From Setoptus koraiensis (Eukaryota; Animalia; Arthropoda), in assembly GCA_048013815.1 (NCBI GenBank), contig CM106586.1, forward strand, positions 9,238,001 to 9,302,000: 64,000 bases of DNA, in the 5' to 3' direction. Below are positions 1 through 11,895 of this stretch, piece by piece. How positions within the stretch are numbered: position 1 is the first letter of the stretch; each line of letters starts with the position of its first letter. The position numbers and the translations under genes were made by a program. A model generated the notes under the pieces. It was not told where the DNA came from. It saw only the letters and a list, made by a program, of their open reading frames with translations, and searched no databases.

Positions 1-819
1 GACAAATTTAGAGCGGTGGCCCAGGCTTATGAGGTCTTGAAGGATGACGACACTCGTAAGGACTATAACGATATGATGGATGATCCAGAACACTATTACA
101 GGCATTATTATCGTTACTATCGCAGAGCATTCCCCAAGGTCGATGCAAGACTTGTTATTATTTGCACGATACTCGTCATCTCGGGCTTTCAATACTGGGT
201 TGGTCAATACAGGTATAACGAAGCTATCAACTATTTTGTTACCGTTCCTAAATACAGATTTAAAGCACAAGACATCGCCAGGCAGAAAGGGTTGTTGCCA
301 ATCAATGAGAAGCACTTCGCTGGGGACAGATCAGATAGAAAAGAAAAAGATAAGAAGAGTCGGCACCGATCTAAGGACGAGATTCGTGCAGCGGAAGAGT
401 CGGTGATACGTCAAATTATAGAGAACAATATGGATATTAGAGGGGGTTTCGCCAAGCCCGATATCAAAAGTATTCTACTGATTCAAATATTTCTATTACC
501 TTGGAGTTTATATCAATTTATCAGATGGTATGTCAGATGGATATGGCTGTTCGACATAATGAAGCAACCTTATGGCAGAGAAGAACAAATCTACCTTATT
601 TGTAAATATTTCAATATGAAGTTGGAACAACTAGAAACCACTGAGGATATCGAATCATTGTTGCGGCAGGAGTTATATGTTAAGGATAAATTCTTAAAGT
701 GGAAGCTTAAACGTGATGATGAGATGAAGGAAAAACTTTTAGAATCTTCCAACTACAAAAGAATGAAGAGGTATATGAAAAAAGGCGGCCCTGGCCAGAT
801 AACATTCTTGGATGATTAA
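1..819 (+). CDS. DNAJC25: DnaJ homolog subfamily C member 25, 5'-truncated by the window edge
   Basis: Frame open from base 1. End of a J-domain (FRAVAQAYEVLKDDDTRKDY) followed by PEHYYRHYYRYYRR...PKVDARLV and a C-terminal YKRMKRYMKKGGPGQITF, typical of DNAJC25. Confidence 0.85.
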   Translation, partial: DKFRAVAQAYEVLKDDDTRKDYNDMMDDPEHYYRHYYRYYRRAFPKVDARLVIICTILVISGFQYWVGQYRYNEAINYFVTVPKYRFKAQDIARQKGLLPINEKHFAGDRSDRKEKDKKSRHRSKDEIRAAEESVIRQIIENNMDIRGGFAKPDIKSILLIQIFLLPWSLYQFIRWYVRWIWLFDIMKQPYGREEQIYLICKYFNMKLEQLETTEDIESLLRQELYVKDKFLKWKLKRDDEMKEKLLESSNYKRMKRYMKKGGPGQITFLDD

Positions 820-1608
820 TTAGATTAAGAAACATAAATGAATTTGAATATTTAAATTGATTCAATGTTTATTTTACTATGATTAGACATCCCAATTAAA
901 TTAGGCATCATAAATTTTGAATTCAAATTGTTGCGGGCCTCATCAATGAATTGACTACCATTTAGATCTCAAGCCGAGTTTTTTGCTATGATATTGATCC
1001 CCCTTTTGTCGTTGACGTTGATTAATTGTAGAGGAACTCGATGGTTTTTTAACTAGTTATTGCGCACACGTTCGCTGCGGCCGTCGTGAGAAAATTTCAA
1101 AAATGGCGCATCTAAATGCATCTCGTTCACTCCAAAACTACAAATTCATCGGGGCCTGTCGTTTACATCAACAATTTATACAATATCTGTATCGTCGGTA
1201 TTCTAACGATACACTTACATGTATGAAATGTATATGAAAACCACAGTATTATTAGATCATCATAGATATTAAATAAATTTTGCGTTATTATCGGTGACTA
1301 CGATGATAATCATTACAATCTAACATCTAAATCACAAGTTCTCAATCGTCTTGAAACAATGTGATGCAAAAATTTAAAAGTCCCATCGAGTAATTATACA
1401 CCGGATAATCATATTGCACTTATACACTGATCCTATTGAACTGAATACCATTTATTATTTGACGATTTATGTTTTATCCTGAATTGCAATATATTTGAGT
1501 TGTTGTCCTATTGATCCAAAATGACATCAAGCTTCAACTAATACTAACAAAGGATTAACGGTATACATATAGTAATCAGAATTGAAAATTAACACTAATT
1601 TATTCGCA

Positions 1609-3423
1609 ATGTTCGGCCAATCGTGTGCTTCTTGCAACTCTACAGACCTTGAGTCGGATCCGAGTAGAGGGGATACCTTTTGTACTAAATGTGGTGCAGT
1701 GCTAGAAGAAAATCTTATTGTTAGCGAGTTGCAATTTGAAGAGGGAAGCCATGGGGCAGCAAATCTTATTGGTAGAATGGTTTCCAGTGATGCCAACTAC
1801 AAGAGTTTATCATCTGGAACCTTCGGTAACAGTCTTGCAGTGAATAGCAGGGAATCACGAGAGATAACGCTAGCAAATGCAAAAGATAAGATCAAACGAC
1901 TAGGTCAAATACTGAGGCTCAATCAACATTGCATAGCCACTGCTTTCAATTTTTACAAAATGGCTTTATCGAGACGTCTGACTTATGGTCGTAAGCAGAA
2001 TAATGTATTTGCAGCTTGTCTATACATGACCTGTAGGGTAGAAGGCACTTCTCATATGCTCTTGGATCTAAGTGATGCGACTGCAGTCAATATTTTTGAG
2101 TTAGGAAAAACATATTTAAAATTATCCAACGCTTTATGTATAAATATACCACCTATAGATCCCTGTATATACATTGTTCGATTCTCCAATAGGTTGCATA
2201 AGCTCATTGGCACCGACACCGATAAGGTTAGAGATATAGAAATGACCGCCCTAAGGCTCGTCCAACGTATGAAACGCGATTGGATTCACACAGGAAGAAG
2301 ACCGTCCGGACTTTGCGGTGCAGCTCTATTAGTTGCCTGTCGTTTAAACAGTGTTCATTGCAATATAAGAGATATCATCAAAATAGTTCAAGTTTGTGAG
2401 ACTACTATTAGGAAGCGTCTCTCGGAATTCGGAGACACAGAGACGGGAAGATTGACTCTAGATGAATTCATGACCGTTGATCTAGAAGGGGAGGAGGACC
2501 CACCTTGCTTCAAGGAAGCGAGAAAAAAACATAAAATGATTCTGCAGAATCTCGACTCGCCTAACCAAATGGAAGAATTCCAGCAAGAGATAACGAAATT
2601 CCAGGAAATGATAGATGATAAACTAGAAGACATAAGATTGGAGAAACATAAGAGGTACAAATCTATGATGATACCTTCAGTCGTGAATGCTCCCAAAGTT
2701 TCCAAGAAAAACAAAAGAAAGACCCGAAACTCTAAAGATTCTCCCTCCGAGGATGAAGAAACTGAGATAGATGAAGCGAACATTGAAGTGCTGGAGGAAG
2801 TTATTGTTGGTAAAATAATAGAATCGGAAACAGCAAGTATAGTCAATAGAGTTCTAGATGGCAAAGATAGCAACGAAAATAACCTAACTGCCCTGGAGAG
2901 ATTAGACGCGATGAGGCCAACAGCAGAGAGTTTGCGTTTACCCGCAGCTGGACTAAATAATTTTGATGTTGCTGCGAACGCTTGTAGAGAGCTTTCAATA
3001 ATTAACTCAAGTGCTTTCCTAGATGACGAAATAGTTGACGAAGAGGAGCAAGGTGAACTGGATCTGACAGGCATATGTGACGACGAAATAGATTCTTACA
3101 TCCTCAACCCTGAAGAGAGGATCGCCAAAGAAGACCTTTGGAAAAATGTTCATGCCGAATATATAGAGGAAGAACGGTTGAAGGAAGAAAAGAGAAAAGA
3201 AGAGGAGGCCGAAAGGAGGAAAAAGGGTTACGACGCCGGACCACCAGTCAAGAAGAAGAGGACAGCCCGAAAGAAGGCACCAGTGGTTGCAATATCCGCT
3301 GGTGAAGCTATAGAGAAGATGTTACACGAGAAACGTATCTCCAGTAAGATAAACTATGAAGTATTGAAAAACTTGAATCCATCTAACACTACGATTGAGT
3401 CGATAGTTACAGATGTAGATTGA
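1609..3423 (+). CDS. BRF1: TFIIIB 90 kDa subunit BRF1, intronless
   Basis: Zn ribbon CASC...CTKCG, TFIIB-like cyclin folds (MKRDWIHTGRRPSGLCGAALL, DLEGEEDPP) and the BRF1 C-terminal motif AGEAIEKMLHEKRISSKINYEVL. First ATG is at 1609. Confidence 0.95.
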   Translation: MFGQSCASCNSTDLESDPSRGDTFCTKCGAVLEENLIVSELQFEEGSHGAANLIGRMVSSDANYKSLSSGTFGNSLAVNSRESREITLANAKDKIKRLGQILRLNQHCIATAFNFYKMALSRRLTYGRKQNNVFAACLYMTCRVEGTSHMLLDLSDATAVNIFELGKTYLKLSNALCINIPPIDPCIYIVRFSNRLHKLIGTDTDKVRDIEMTALRLVQRMKRDWIHTGRRPSGLCGAALLVACRLNSVHCNIRDIIKIVQVCETTIRKRLSEFGDTETGRLTLDEFMTVDLEGEEDPPCFKEARKKHKMILQNLDSPNQMEEFQQEITKFQEMIDDKLEDIRLEKHKRYKSMMIPSVVNAPKVSKKNKRKTRNSKDSPSEDEETEIDEANIEVLEEVIVGKIIESETASIVNRVLDGKDSNENNLTALERLDAMRPTAESLRLPAAGLNNFDVAANACRELSIINSSAFLDDEIVDEEEQGELDLTGICDDEIDSYILNPEERIAKEDLWKNVHAEYIEEERLKEEKRKEEEAERRKKGYDAGPPVKKKRTARKKAPVVAISAGEAIEKMLHEKRISSKINYEVLKNLNPSNTTIESIVTDVD

Positions 3424-3569
3424 GATTCTAATCATTCGCACGTTTTTTTTTATTATTAGAATGAATCTAAATAAAATTTAAATGAACTATGAAAAAAATC
3501 TAAAACGCTTTGTCCTCGTTCTATCAGTTTATGCTTATGTGATGATTTATTGATAGTAATTATTTCGAA

Positions 3570-4235
3570 TCAGAATACAGTCATTAAGGCAAACACTGTA
3601 TAAAAGAGCATACATGGGAAGGCTATAAGGATTTTAGAATATGGATTCTCTACAGCTGTGGTGAATAAGTTCGAAGCACCGATGGCGCACCATAGTATTG
3701 CTAGCGCTGATATTGAATAACCTATGATGTGTATTTTAAGATCAATTACTACGGAAATAGCGGATAACATGACCATGGGTAATAAACAGTAACCTAAAAC
3801 ACTGACCGTGCAAAAGAATGATAGTTCTTTTCCCTCGTCTGTCATGAGACGAAGAACAATGTGGAACGTTAGGCATCCGATGGTGCCCAAACCGAAAGTG
3901 TAGCCGAAATGTATTTTTCCTGCAAATAGCAACAGTGTACCAAAAGCTAGTAAGAAGACGAGGGGTCCAGCTAGGTCAGTTTCATGGAGAATATTTCTAT
4001 GATCGTCGAGATTTTTGAATGATAGCACAGCCCATGTTTTCCGCATTATTTGGTCAAGATTGATACCTAATTCCTCCATGAGCGGTCTCTCATCTTCAAC
4101 GCCGGTATACCGAGAGGATTGCATGTTGGATCCCATGGGGTCCCATGTTTCTTCGTATAGTTCGGCTGCTTTTGGCATTCTATTGCTGTCATCGTAGCTG
4201 TAGTCGGACCCCAGACCCATATTGAGCACGGCCAT
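3570..4235 (-). CDS. YIPF5: Yip1-family ER-Golgi protein (YIPF5/7-like)
   Basis: EDERPLMEELGIN, ETDLAGPLVF, GKIHFGY and SVLGYCLLPMV motifs, with multiple TM segments. First ATG is at 4235. Confidence 0.9.
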   Translation of the reverse strand: MAVLNMGLGSDYSYDDSNRMPKAAELYEETWDPMGSNMQSSRYTGVEDERPLMEELGINLDQIMRKTWAVLSFKNLDDHRNILHETDLAGPLVFLLAFGTLLLFAGKIHFGYTFGLGTIGCLTFHIVLRLMTDEGKELSFFCTVSVLGYCLLPMVMLSAISVVIDLKIHIIGYSISALAILWCAIGASNLFTTAVENPYSKILIAFPCMLFYTVFALMTVF

Positions 4236-4855
4236 GGTTAATTGTTTCACCTGATTTGATTGTTTAATAAATAATAAATGTTTTGTACAATAGCAACAAC
4301 GTAAATGTTAAATGGTTGGCCGATGATCGTTAGTTGTGACAACATCTGATGTAAAAATTCCAGTACAACAACGAAAAAATTTCGACAACAAGTTCCTTCG
4401 GAGCAGAAGTTGATGTGTTCGCATTCAGAGCAAACACAAAATATGGACACAGGCTGCTTTGCGGTGCATCCTGCAGCAGGACAGTGGCGCCACCCTCGAC
4501 ACAGTTGTCAGTAGTGCATTCGGAGGCAGGTAGGCAGCGTGTCGTTCAGCCAACATAACTGCTAGCAGTACTGGCGGGGGACCAAAGTGTTTTTGCCCCG
4601 TTATAAGCGGTGTTTCGATGAATCACCGAACGCGCGTTTTATTGCACAGAGAACACATTGCGAACACACACGAGGGAACAAAAATTATGAGCAGTCGCCG
4701 AATAACCACGGCCACTTTAAATATTGTAAACATTATAATCAACAACCAATTAACAGCCAGGATAACAGGTTAACAGTACCATTAACTAGTTGAATTGCCA
4801 GATCAGATTGGAACCCCGGGTTGATAAGCACGCGAATGAGGTAGCCGGCATATTA

Positions 4856-5116
4856 ATGGCAGAGACAACCACAACCACGGCGTCGGCCAACATGGATCTG
4901 GGAGCTGGCTACGATATCGAGGACAAGAGGGTGGCCAAGGCAGTTGAAATATTTGAAGAGACATTGGTGCCCTATATCAAGGATAGTCCGGCATTTGCCA
5001 AATCAAACATATTGACCATAAGCGGTTACGGCACAAATCTAGGACCACGGGGCCAGAAGCGCAAGGCGCACGCCGACGACGACGACACACCGTCTTCATC
5101 CCCCACTCAAGCCTAG
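4856..5116 (+). CDS. Small hypothetical protein (86 aa), possible NLS QKRKA
   Basis: ATG-started ORF with a non-repetitive amphipathic core (DKRVAKAVEIFEETLVPYIK), in a gene-sized gap between YIPF5 and GPR89. No family recognised. Confidence 0.5.
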   Translation: MAETTTTTASANMDLGAGYDIEDKRVAKAVEIFEETLVPYIKDSPAFAKSNILTISGYGTNLGPRGQKRKAHADDDDTPSSSPTQA

Positions 5117-5488
5117 TGCTGCGCTGTGCGGCCTTCTCATGTTTTCATCACTGTTATTATTGCTATTATTTGTGATTATAATTATTGTTTGTTTGTGATA
5201 TATATCGCGAAAATAAGGTATTTAGATGTCTATTCCTCTATACTATTATCACACTAGATATACATACATATGTACATATACACACAAATATTGTAGACAT
5301 ATGTAGTTATTATTATCCATGTATTTATTATTATTATGGACACCAGCGTTGCACAACTGTTATTATATCCACTATTATTCCAGCCTCAGCCAATATTGTT
5401 GGCAATAGTAAAACAATAGTACAGCTACAAACATTAATCACAATTTTATTTATTAGCCAAACAATCTCTTGTTGTTCTTTCATCAATC

Positions 5489-6942
5489 ATGTCCCTAGAG
5501 GATCTGCTCATCCTGGGCGCGTCTCAGATAATATTTCTCGTCTTCGGATGGTTCTTTTTCACAGAGCACCTATTCAGAGACTACGAGGTGCAACACAAAT
5601 TGATTCAGTTGATGTTCTCAACAATTTTATCTCTCTCTTGCACAATGTTCGAGTTAATCATCTTTGAGATTCTCGGAGTGCTCAGTTCGGACTCCAGAAA
5701 ACTATCTTGGACCATTACCATATACTCAATGCTATTCATGCTTATTTTTATCATACCATTCTATATTGGCTATTTTACTATAAGCAATAGCCGTCTAGTT
5801 GACAAGCCCATTGCCGTCAAGATGGTGTCCATTGTCATTTATATTATATTCATTTATATATTTATCACTACAGGAGACCCATTTCCCATCACCAGTCCCA
5901 AGCATGGAGTTTTTTCAATTGAGCAAGGACTAAGTCGCGTAGGCATCATTGGCGTCACACTTATTGGACTACTGTCGGGATTTGGTGCTGTTAACTATCC
6001 CTACACAAGCATGGCCTGCTTTATGAGGCCAATTAGTCAAATTGATCTGCTTCAACTGGAAAGAACTCTATCTCATACGTATGAAACAATCTTGAAGAAA
6101 AAAAAAGAAATCTTATATGAGGAACAGGCTAGATCAAACCAATCCGCTGGGTGGCTTTCAAGTTGGACATTTGGATCCAATGATCTCAATAAGCTCAAAT
6201 TAGATTGTGCAAACAATGAAGAATTATCGAGACAATTGTACTTGGAACTTGTTGATATGAGACAAATGGAGGAAAGAATCAGGTGGTCGAGGACGATCAA
6301 GGGGAAATATTTCAACTTCGCCGGTTATATATTTAGCGTCTATTGCATCTGCAAAATAATCATGTGCACCAATAATATATTATTTAATAGGGTTGTCAAG
6401 GTGGACATTGTCACAAGGGGTCTGCAAATTGCGGTCAATTACATTGGATTGGAAATAGAGGATGTTCAATCATGGTCCCAGCATATTTCATTCACTTTTG
6501 TGGGAATAATAGTTGTCACATCTATTCGCGGACTTTTGATCACTCTCACTAGGGTAAATATTGTCAAATTGATTAGATTCCAGATTCCACCATAGCTCAC
6601 TAATATTTAATAATTGATATATCATCTTATCTCACTTTCCATACAACTTGACAGTTTTTTCGTTGGATATCGAGTTCAAAGTCGTCTAATGTTATCGTTC
6701 TAGTACTCGCCGAGATCATGGGAATGTATTTTGTTTCGAGCGTCCTGTTAATGAGGATGAGTGTTCCATTGGAATACAGAAAAATTATAACAGAAGTTTT
6801 GGGTGATTTACAATTCCAATTTTATCATAAATGGTTTGATCTCATCTTTTTGGTGAGCTCGGTATTCAGCATATGTGGATTGTGGGTAGCGCACAAATCT
6901 GACAGGCCTAATGATGGCTACGAAAGACTTCACACCGATTAG
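5489..6942 (+). CDS. GPR89: Golgi pH regulator GPR89; exons 5489-6553 and 6655-6942
   Basis: LSCTMFELIIFEILG, SRVGIIGVTLIGLLSGFGAVNYPY. A GT-AG intron at 6554-6654 (phase 0) restores ITLTR/FFRWISSSKSSNVIVLVLAEIMGMYFVSSVLLMRM. Confidence 0.95.
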
Positions 6943-7275
6943 TATCGAATTTCCAACTGTTATACGAATTTTTAGAAGAGCTTTCACTATAGCTATAATG
7001 AGATATAAAACTTTCAAGATACGTACATTTCATCAAGTTGAACTAAAGATATTGCTCTTAGCAGCAAGTTGTGATATACGATTAATAATAAATTCCACGC
7101 TGGGTGTATTTTTTAAAATTGACTTTTTTCTTATTATTTTATTATTACCAAACAATTGCGAGTTCAGTTGTCTCGTTGATGAATTAAGTAGAATGCCGAG
7201 TTAACTATTTTACACTATCAATATACAATCAATTTGAAATATTGTTATATTGCCTTCACCAGTTCGAGAATTTGC
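6772..7275 (+). repeat. Left copy of a ~500 bp direct duplication (GPR89 3' end plus spacer)
   Basis: Aligns by eye to 8719-9210; offset 1947 at the start and 1935 at the end, owing to a small indel. Confidence 0.95.
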
Positions 7276-7280
7276 CATGG

Positions 7281-7339
7281 AGAGAGCCGGATGGGAAGAT
7301 TATGGACCTTAAGGATTACTTTGATATTTTGTATTTGCC
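7281..7339 (+). pseudogene. 59-bp captured fragment of the NRF-6 coding sequence
   Basis: AGAGAGCCGGATGGGAAGATTATGGAC...TATTTGCC matches 9482-9546, with a short deletion. Confidence 0.9.
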
Positions 7340-7377
7340 ATGAACCATAATGATGGCGACATCACATTGAAATTTAG

Positions 7378-8139
7378 TCAGTCCTTAAGGAAGCTGAGTA
7401 ATATTGTCACACATTCTCGCCAAACTTTGGATCGCTTGTCTTGCACCTGCCACAACTGTTCCCATTTGTCCCATCGGAGCTCGTAATTGATTGGTTTCTC
7501 CGAAAGAATGGCATCTCTTGCTAAGCGAATAGACTCTTCAGTTTTATAGAGACTGTTTAACTCTTGTTGCAATTGAGTTAATCGTTTCTTTTTCAAAAGT
7601 TGCTGTCCATCTTTCGATGATGACGTTGCTAGGGATGAGTTAAGTGCACAATGATTGCCAGTATCGTTACAATTCTGTTTTCTACTCTGATTATTTGTCT
7701 GCTGTTCTATTGGTTTGTTTTTCGGACAACATTTGTTATTACCACCATTGTTAGTGGTGTTGTTTTTCGTTGAACAAACAACGTAACTGGTGCTGGGCGG
7801 AAATTCAACACCCAACATTCTGGCAAATGGTTTGTCTCTGCCGGTTGGATTGCGTATTTCGAAGTCTGTGTCCCAAAAGTTGGCGTGCATTATCTCCATT
7901 TCCCTTTGTAGCAGATTGGACCAGTGTGTCAATTCTGCTTTTCGTTCCGACTTGTTCAGGCATGTATTGTCCTTGTCCAAGCGGTCAAGTCTATTGTCAA
8001 TTTGGCGCCTTAGCTCTGATACTCTCCAGCTGCTTGAATGCCATTCGTAAAATTTGTCCTGTAGCTTCTTTTTGTTGTAAGCGGCCGGCATCTGCCCCCA
8101 TAAGTCGACAAAATCGTCCATGATATTCATTGAGCCCAT
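7378..8139 (-). CDS. Orphan 253-aa Trp-rich helical/coiled-coil protein
   Basis: Long uninterrupted ORF, first ATG at 8139. Two helical segments are separated by an N/K/Q-rich linker. No family recognised. Confidence 0.65.
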   Translation of the reverse strand: MGSMNIMDDFVDLWGQMPAAYNKKKLQDKFYEWHSSSWRVSELRRQIDNRLDRLDKDNTCLNKSERKAELTHWSNLLQREMEIMHANFWDTDFEIRNPTGRDKPFARMLGVEFPPSTSYVVCSTKNNTTNNGGNNKCCPKNKPIEQQTNNQSRKQNCNDTGNHCALNSSLATSSSKDGQQLLKKKRLTQLQQELNSLYKTEESIRLARDAILSEKPINYELRWDKWEQLWQVQDKRSKVWRECVTILLSFLKD

Positions 8140-8718
8140 GATGCAAATAGCGCAATTAAGACAGCTCAGTAGCAATCAATCATATTATTTGTCTCGTCGA
8201 TGACAAAGCACCGAGATGCTCAATTATCTCTGTGATGGAAGGGGAAAATAGGCTCCTATATCTGCGGAGAGATGATTGGTCTTGTCCAGTTTTGATGCGG
8301 GTTTCTCCTCTAGCCAACTGTTGATCCCGGAGACTCCATCGAATGTTGATGGCCAGCAACGATTCTGATTCCAAATAATTATGCTGATCGTTGTAGACTG
8401 TTGCTATTTGCGATTAATTAGTGGCCGTTATCGGTGGTCGCAAAATCACCAGTACAATGGTTTGGTCAACAGTGGTCAGCAAGTATGGGGGAAGAGATGA
8501 GCCCCATTTCTGGGGGCACAGTTGCGCTATATCATCTGTGTGTCTTGAATTTTTCCCCCGGTGTTCGCCAGGGGAATGCATTGAAGAAAGCACGTTTTCA
8601 AGAACGTTGTTGTTGCGCTTGCGCGTCGACAAACAGAAAGCCGTTGGCTGGTGCTTGAAAGGCGTTACTTTCAAACCTTCAAAAAATTGGTTTGCTTCTT
8701 CAGCCGCAAGGCGGATCA

Positions 8719-9210
8719 GAATCCAGAAAAATTATAACAAAAGTTTTGGGTGATCTACAATTTTAATTTTATCACAAATGGCTTGATCTTATCCTTTTGG
8801 TGAGCTCGGTATTCAGCATATGCGGATTGTGGGTAGCGCACAAATCTGACAGGCCTAATGATGGCTACGAAAGACTTCACACCGATTAGTATCGAATTTC
8901 CAACTGATATACGAACTTTTAGAGAAGCTTTCACTATAACTACAATGAAATATAAAACTTTCAAGATACGTACATTTCATCAAGTTGAACTAAAGATATT
9001 GCACTTAGCAGCAAGTTGTGATATGCGATTGATAATAAATTCCACGCTGGGTGTATTTTTTAAATTGACTTTTTTTATTATTACCAAACAATTGCGAATT
9101 TAGTTGCCTCGTTGATGAATTAAGTAGAATGCCGAGTTAACTATTTTACACTATCAATATACAAACAATTTGAAATATTGTTATATTGCCACACTAGTTC
9201 AAGAATTTGC
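8719..9210 (+). pseudogene. Right copy of the duplication: dead GPR89 3' fragment (8719-8889) plus spacer upstream of NRF-6
   Basis: 9 substitutions (all transitions) versus 6777-6942, including CAA>TAA at 8764-8766. The 5' part of GPR89 is absent. Confidence 0.9.
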
Positions 9211-9277
9211 GTTAATCGTTCTCACGATCTAAGCAAATCCTATTTCCGGTCAAAAGTTATTACTTGTATTAATAAGA

Positions 9278-11895
9278 ATGGCTGATGAAAACCCCAGTGT
9301 CAAACCACTCGCGTCTGAAAGCTTTTTTCATCATGGTGAACGAAGCAGCAAGAAAGATGATCATTTATTGTTGATGAGGTTTAAGTTATTTTGTATCTAT
9401 GTATTTTTTATATTTACAACAATTGAACCTCGTACAGTAGGCGCAATCCACGCTGTAGATATCAAAGTTCCTTCTTATTTTAGAGAGCCGGATGGGAAGA
9501 TTATGGACCCTAAGGATTACTTTGATTTTGATTTCTTGTATTTGCCTAACAAAACCTACTCAGAGAGCCAGACTATAGAAACTCATTCATATAATCTCAT
9601 CAAGGCATTTGATTATGCAAATTTGTATCGCACAGATCATTGGAATTATAGCAACAGGGAAGAAATGAGGTTATCATCGCAGCCTGTCGCTAATCAAGAG
9701 AGTTGTGGCAAACAATTGGATTGGGTATTGCATCAGATAAATGATACAAACAATATTTTCGGATATGGCCTAGCTGCTAGATATTTGTCCAAATATCTAG
9801 ACTCATTTGGGCGTCCAGAACCAAGCACATCGCTCGGTAATCAATATTGGTTTGGCTCTTATTCTGTCTGCCTCAACACTAGATTGCGTATCACCACAAA
9901 CAGTTCTGATAATGTCTCCGAAGAGACGCTGAAAACTAGGTATTGTGTTGGTAAAGTGCGGGCCCATTCTTGGCCTCAAGACAACTATGTGCCTACAATT
10001 TCATACAAGGTTGGATTGTGTTTGCCAGAAACCTGTGATTCAACATCAATCAAGTTATACAAGAGCTCGATTGAGACAATTATGAAATTCAATTTTGCTA
10101 ACTTCCAAAAAGATAGGTATTATCTTCATGACATGTATTGCCTGCCGGATGAGCGAAGCCCAATTAGACGGCGAAGTTGGGCTAGTCATGTATATGTGTC
10201 ATTGTGTTTAGGGTGGTTAAGTCTAGTTTTACTGGCTTCGTTCATTTACAAGCGTCATACACAAACTAGATCCAGTGAATTTTGTCAGATTCAAGACAAC
10301 AAATTGAACATGCTAAATGATACAGAGGACACAAATCAATTATCTGCCATGAGGAATAGAAGCCTTGTCGAAGTGAGCACCGGTATGGCGATTGTAAAAT
10401 CTTTCAGTGTCTCTGAGAATCTAAAGGAGTTCTTTTCAACGCCACAATCATTAGATAATAGAATCAATTTAAACAGTTTAGATTTGATTAAGGTATTGTG
10501 CACAATGTTGATTGTTTGGGGTCATATTGTATTTATTTACATGCAGCGTATAGTGGTGGTCGAAGAGGTAGTAACAATTTCAAATGATTGGTATCTGCGC
10601 ATTCTGTTGGCATTTTTCAACTTAGTTGACTCATTCTTTGTGATGGCTGGATTTCTCATTAGTTATTTCCTATTCAAGAGATTTAGCAAGAAACAACTGG
10701 CCAAATTGCAAATATGGTTCCTGTTTATAATAATGAGACTTGTTCGACTGACACCCGTTTACCTAGTTGTTTGGTGGTTCATTAAAACAACAGTCGTATA
10801 TCTGGGATCTGGCCCTACGTGGGATTACGGCACGGATGAACTGTCGCCAAGGGGTTTGTGTATCCGCGATCATTGGTGGAAGTCCATTCTGTATCTAGGT
10901 AACTATGACAGCATACAACCCTATTGCATATTGCCGGCATGGTCAATAATAGTGGACGCCCAGTATTCTCTGCTAGTTCCGCCCGTGGTTTGTATCATCT
11001 CAAGGTAATTAATGGTCAATAAAAACATGTTCCACTCAACAATGAACACCAACCTGTTTTAAGCTGCATGAAACTAACCGTTGCAAACTAACCATATCAC
11101 CATCTCACCATAAGGAACAAAACTTTGGGTTATGTCATTCTGGTGATCGCAGCGTTTGTGTCAACTATAAACATGACTTGGCAACTTGTGACACAGAATT
11201 CTGTCAAAACAGACGATATGGCCAAAGTTAGACTACACGTCTATCCGATGATATCTAGATTCTCCGCTGATTTTTACAATTCTATGTGGAATCGCCTAGG
11301 ACCCCTGGCGATCGGTATGATGGGAGGCCATATGTTGTATGAATACGATGTGGGCAAAATCAAGAAATGGCCTTTCTGGCTCAGGGGCAAAATATTTAAG
11401 ATTGTATTGTATTTGCATTTAATCATCATTTTACTGCCAACAATAAGCAGCTATTTTGACAGGCAAGATTCTAGTACAAAGTCAAACAAGATGATATTTG
11501 TGTTGTGCAACACAACAATCAAGCCAATTTGGTCACTCATAAATGCAATTATATTGATGAGGATGGTAACCACGAACTCAAACAGAATTTCAATTTTCTT
11601 GAGAATACTTAATCATAATTTTTGGCACATACTTGCAAAACTAACCTACTCATTATATCTTGTTCATTATGAGCTAATTTTGTACAATCAGACCATACAC
11701 AAAGAGGGAATGCGACAACCTGCTTGGCTCTATCTTTCTAAAGAGTTTTTATACATTCTCTTTTGCTCAATGTTACTATCATTCTTCATATACATTTTAT
11801 TTGAAGCGCCCATCTATCAACTCATCAAAATTGTACAATCGTCGGTATTGTCTGGCAAAAAGTTGAAAAATATAAAATCACCGACTGCAATATAA
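9278..11895 (+). CDS. nrf-6: Nose resistant to fluoxetine 6 (NRF-6)/O-acyltransferase-like protein; exons 9278-11004 and 11115-11895
   Basis: NRF domain (LDSFGRP...WFGSYSVCL, GLCLPETC) plus acyltransferase_3 motifs (VDSFFVMAGFL, RLVRLTPVY, KLTYSLYLVH, FEAP). A GT-AG intron at 11005-11114 (phase 2) joins the two ORFs. Confidence 0.88.

Noticed and set aside
2388-3074. 228-aa antisense ORF in BRF1 (likewise 57779-58603 in tutl)
   Set aside because: Antisense shadow of a well-supported sense CDS.
8704-8718. CCGC-AAG-GCGG hairpin near the right end of the insertion as a Helitron terminus
   Set aside because: The stem is only 4 bp and there is no CTRR end or 5' TC signature.
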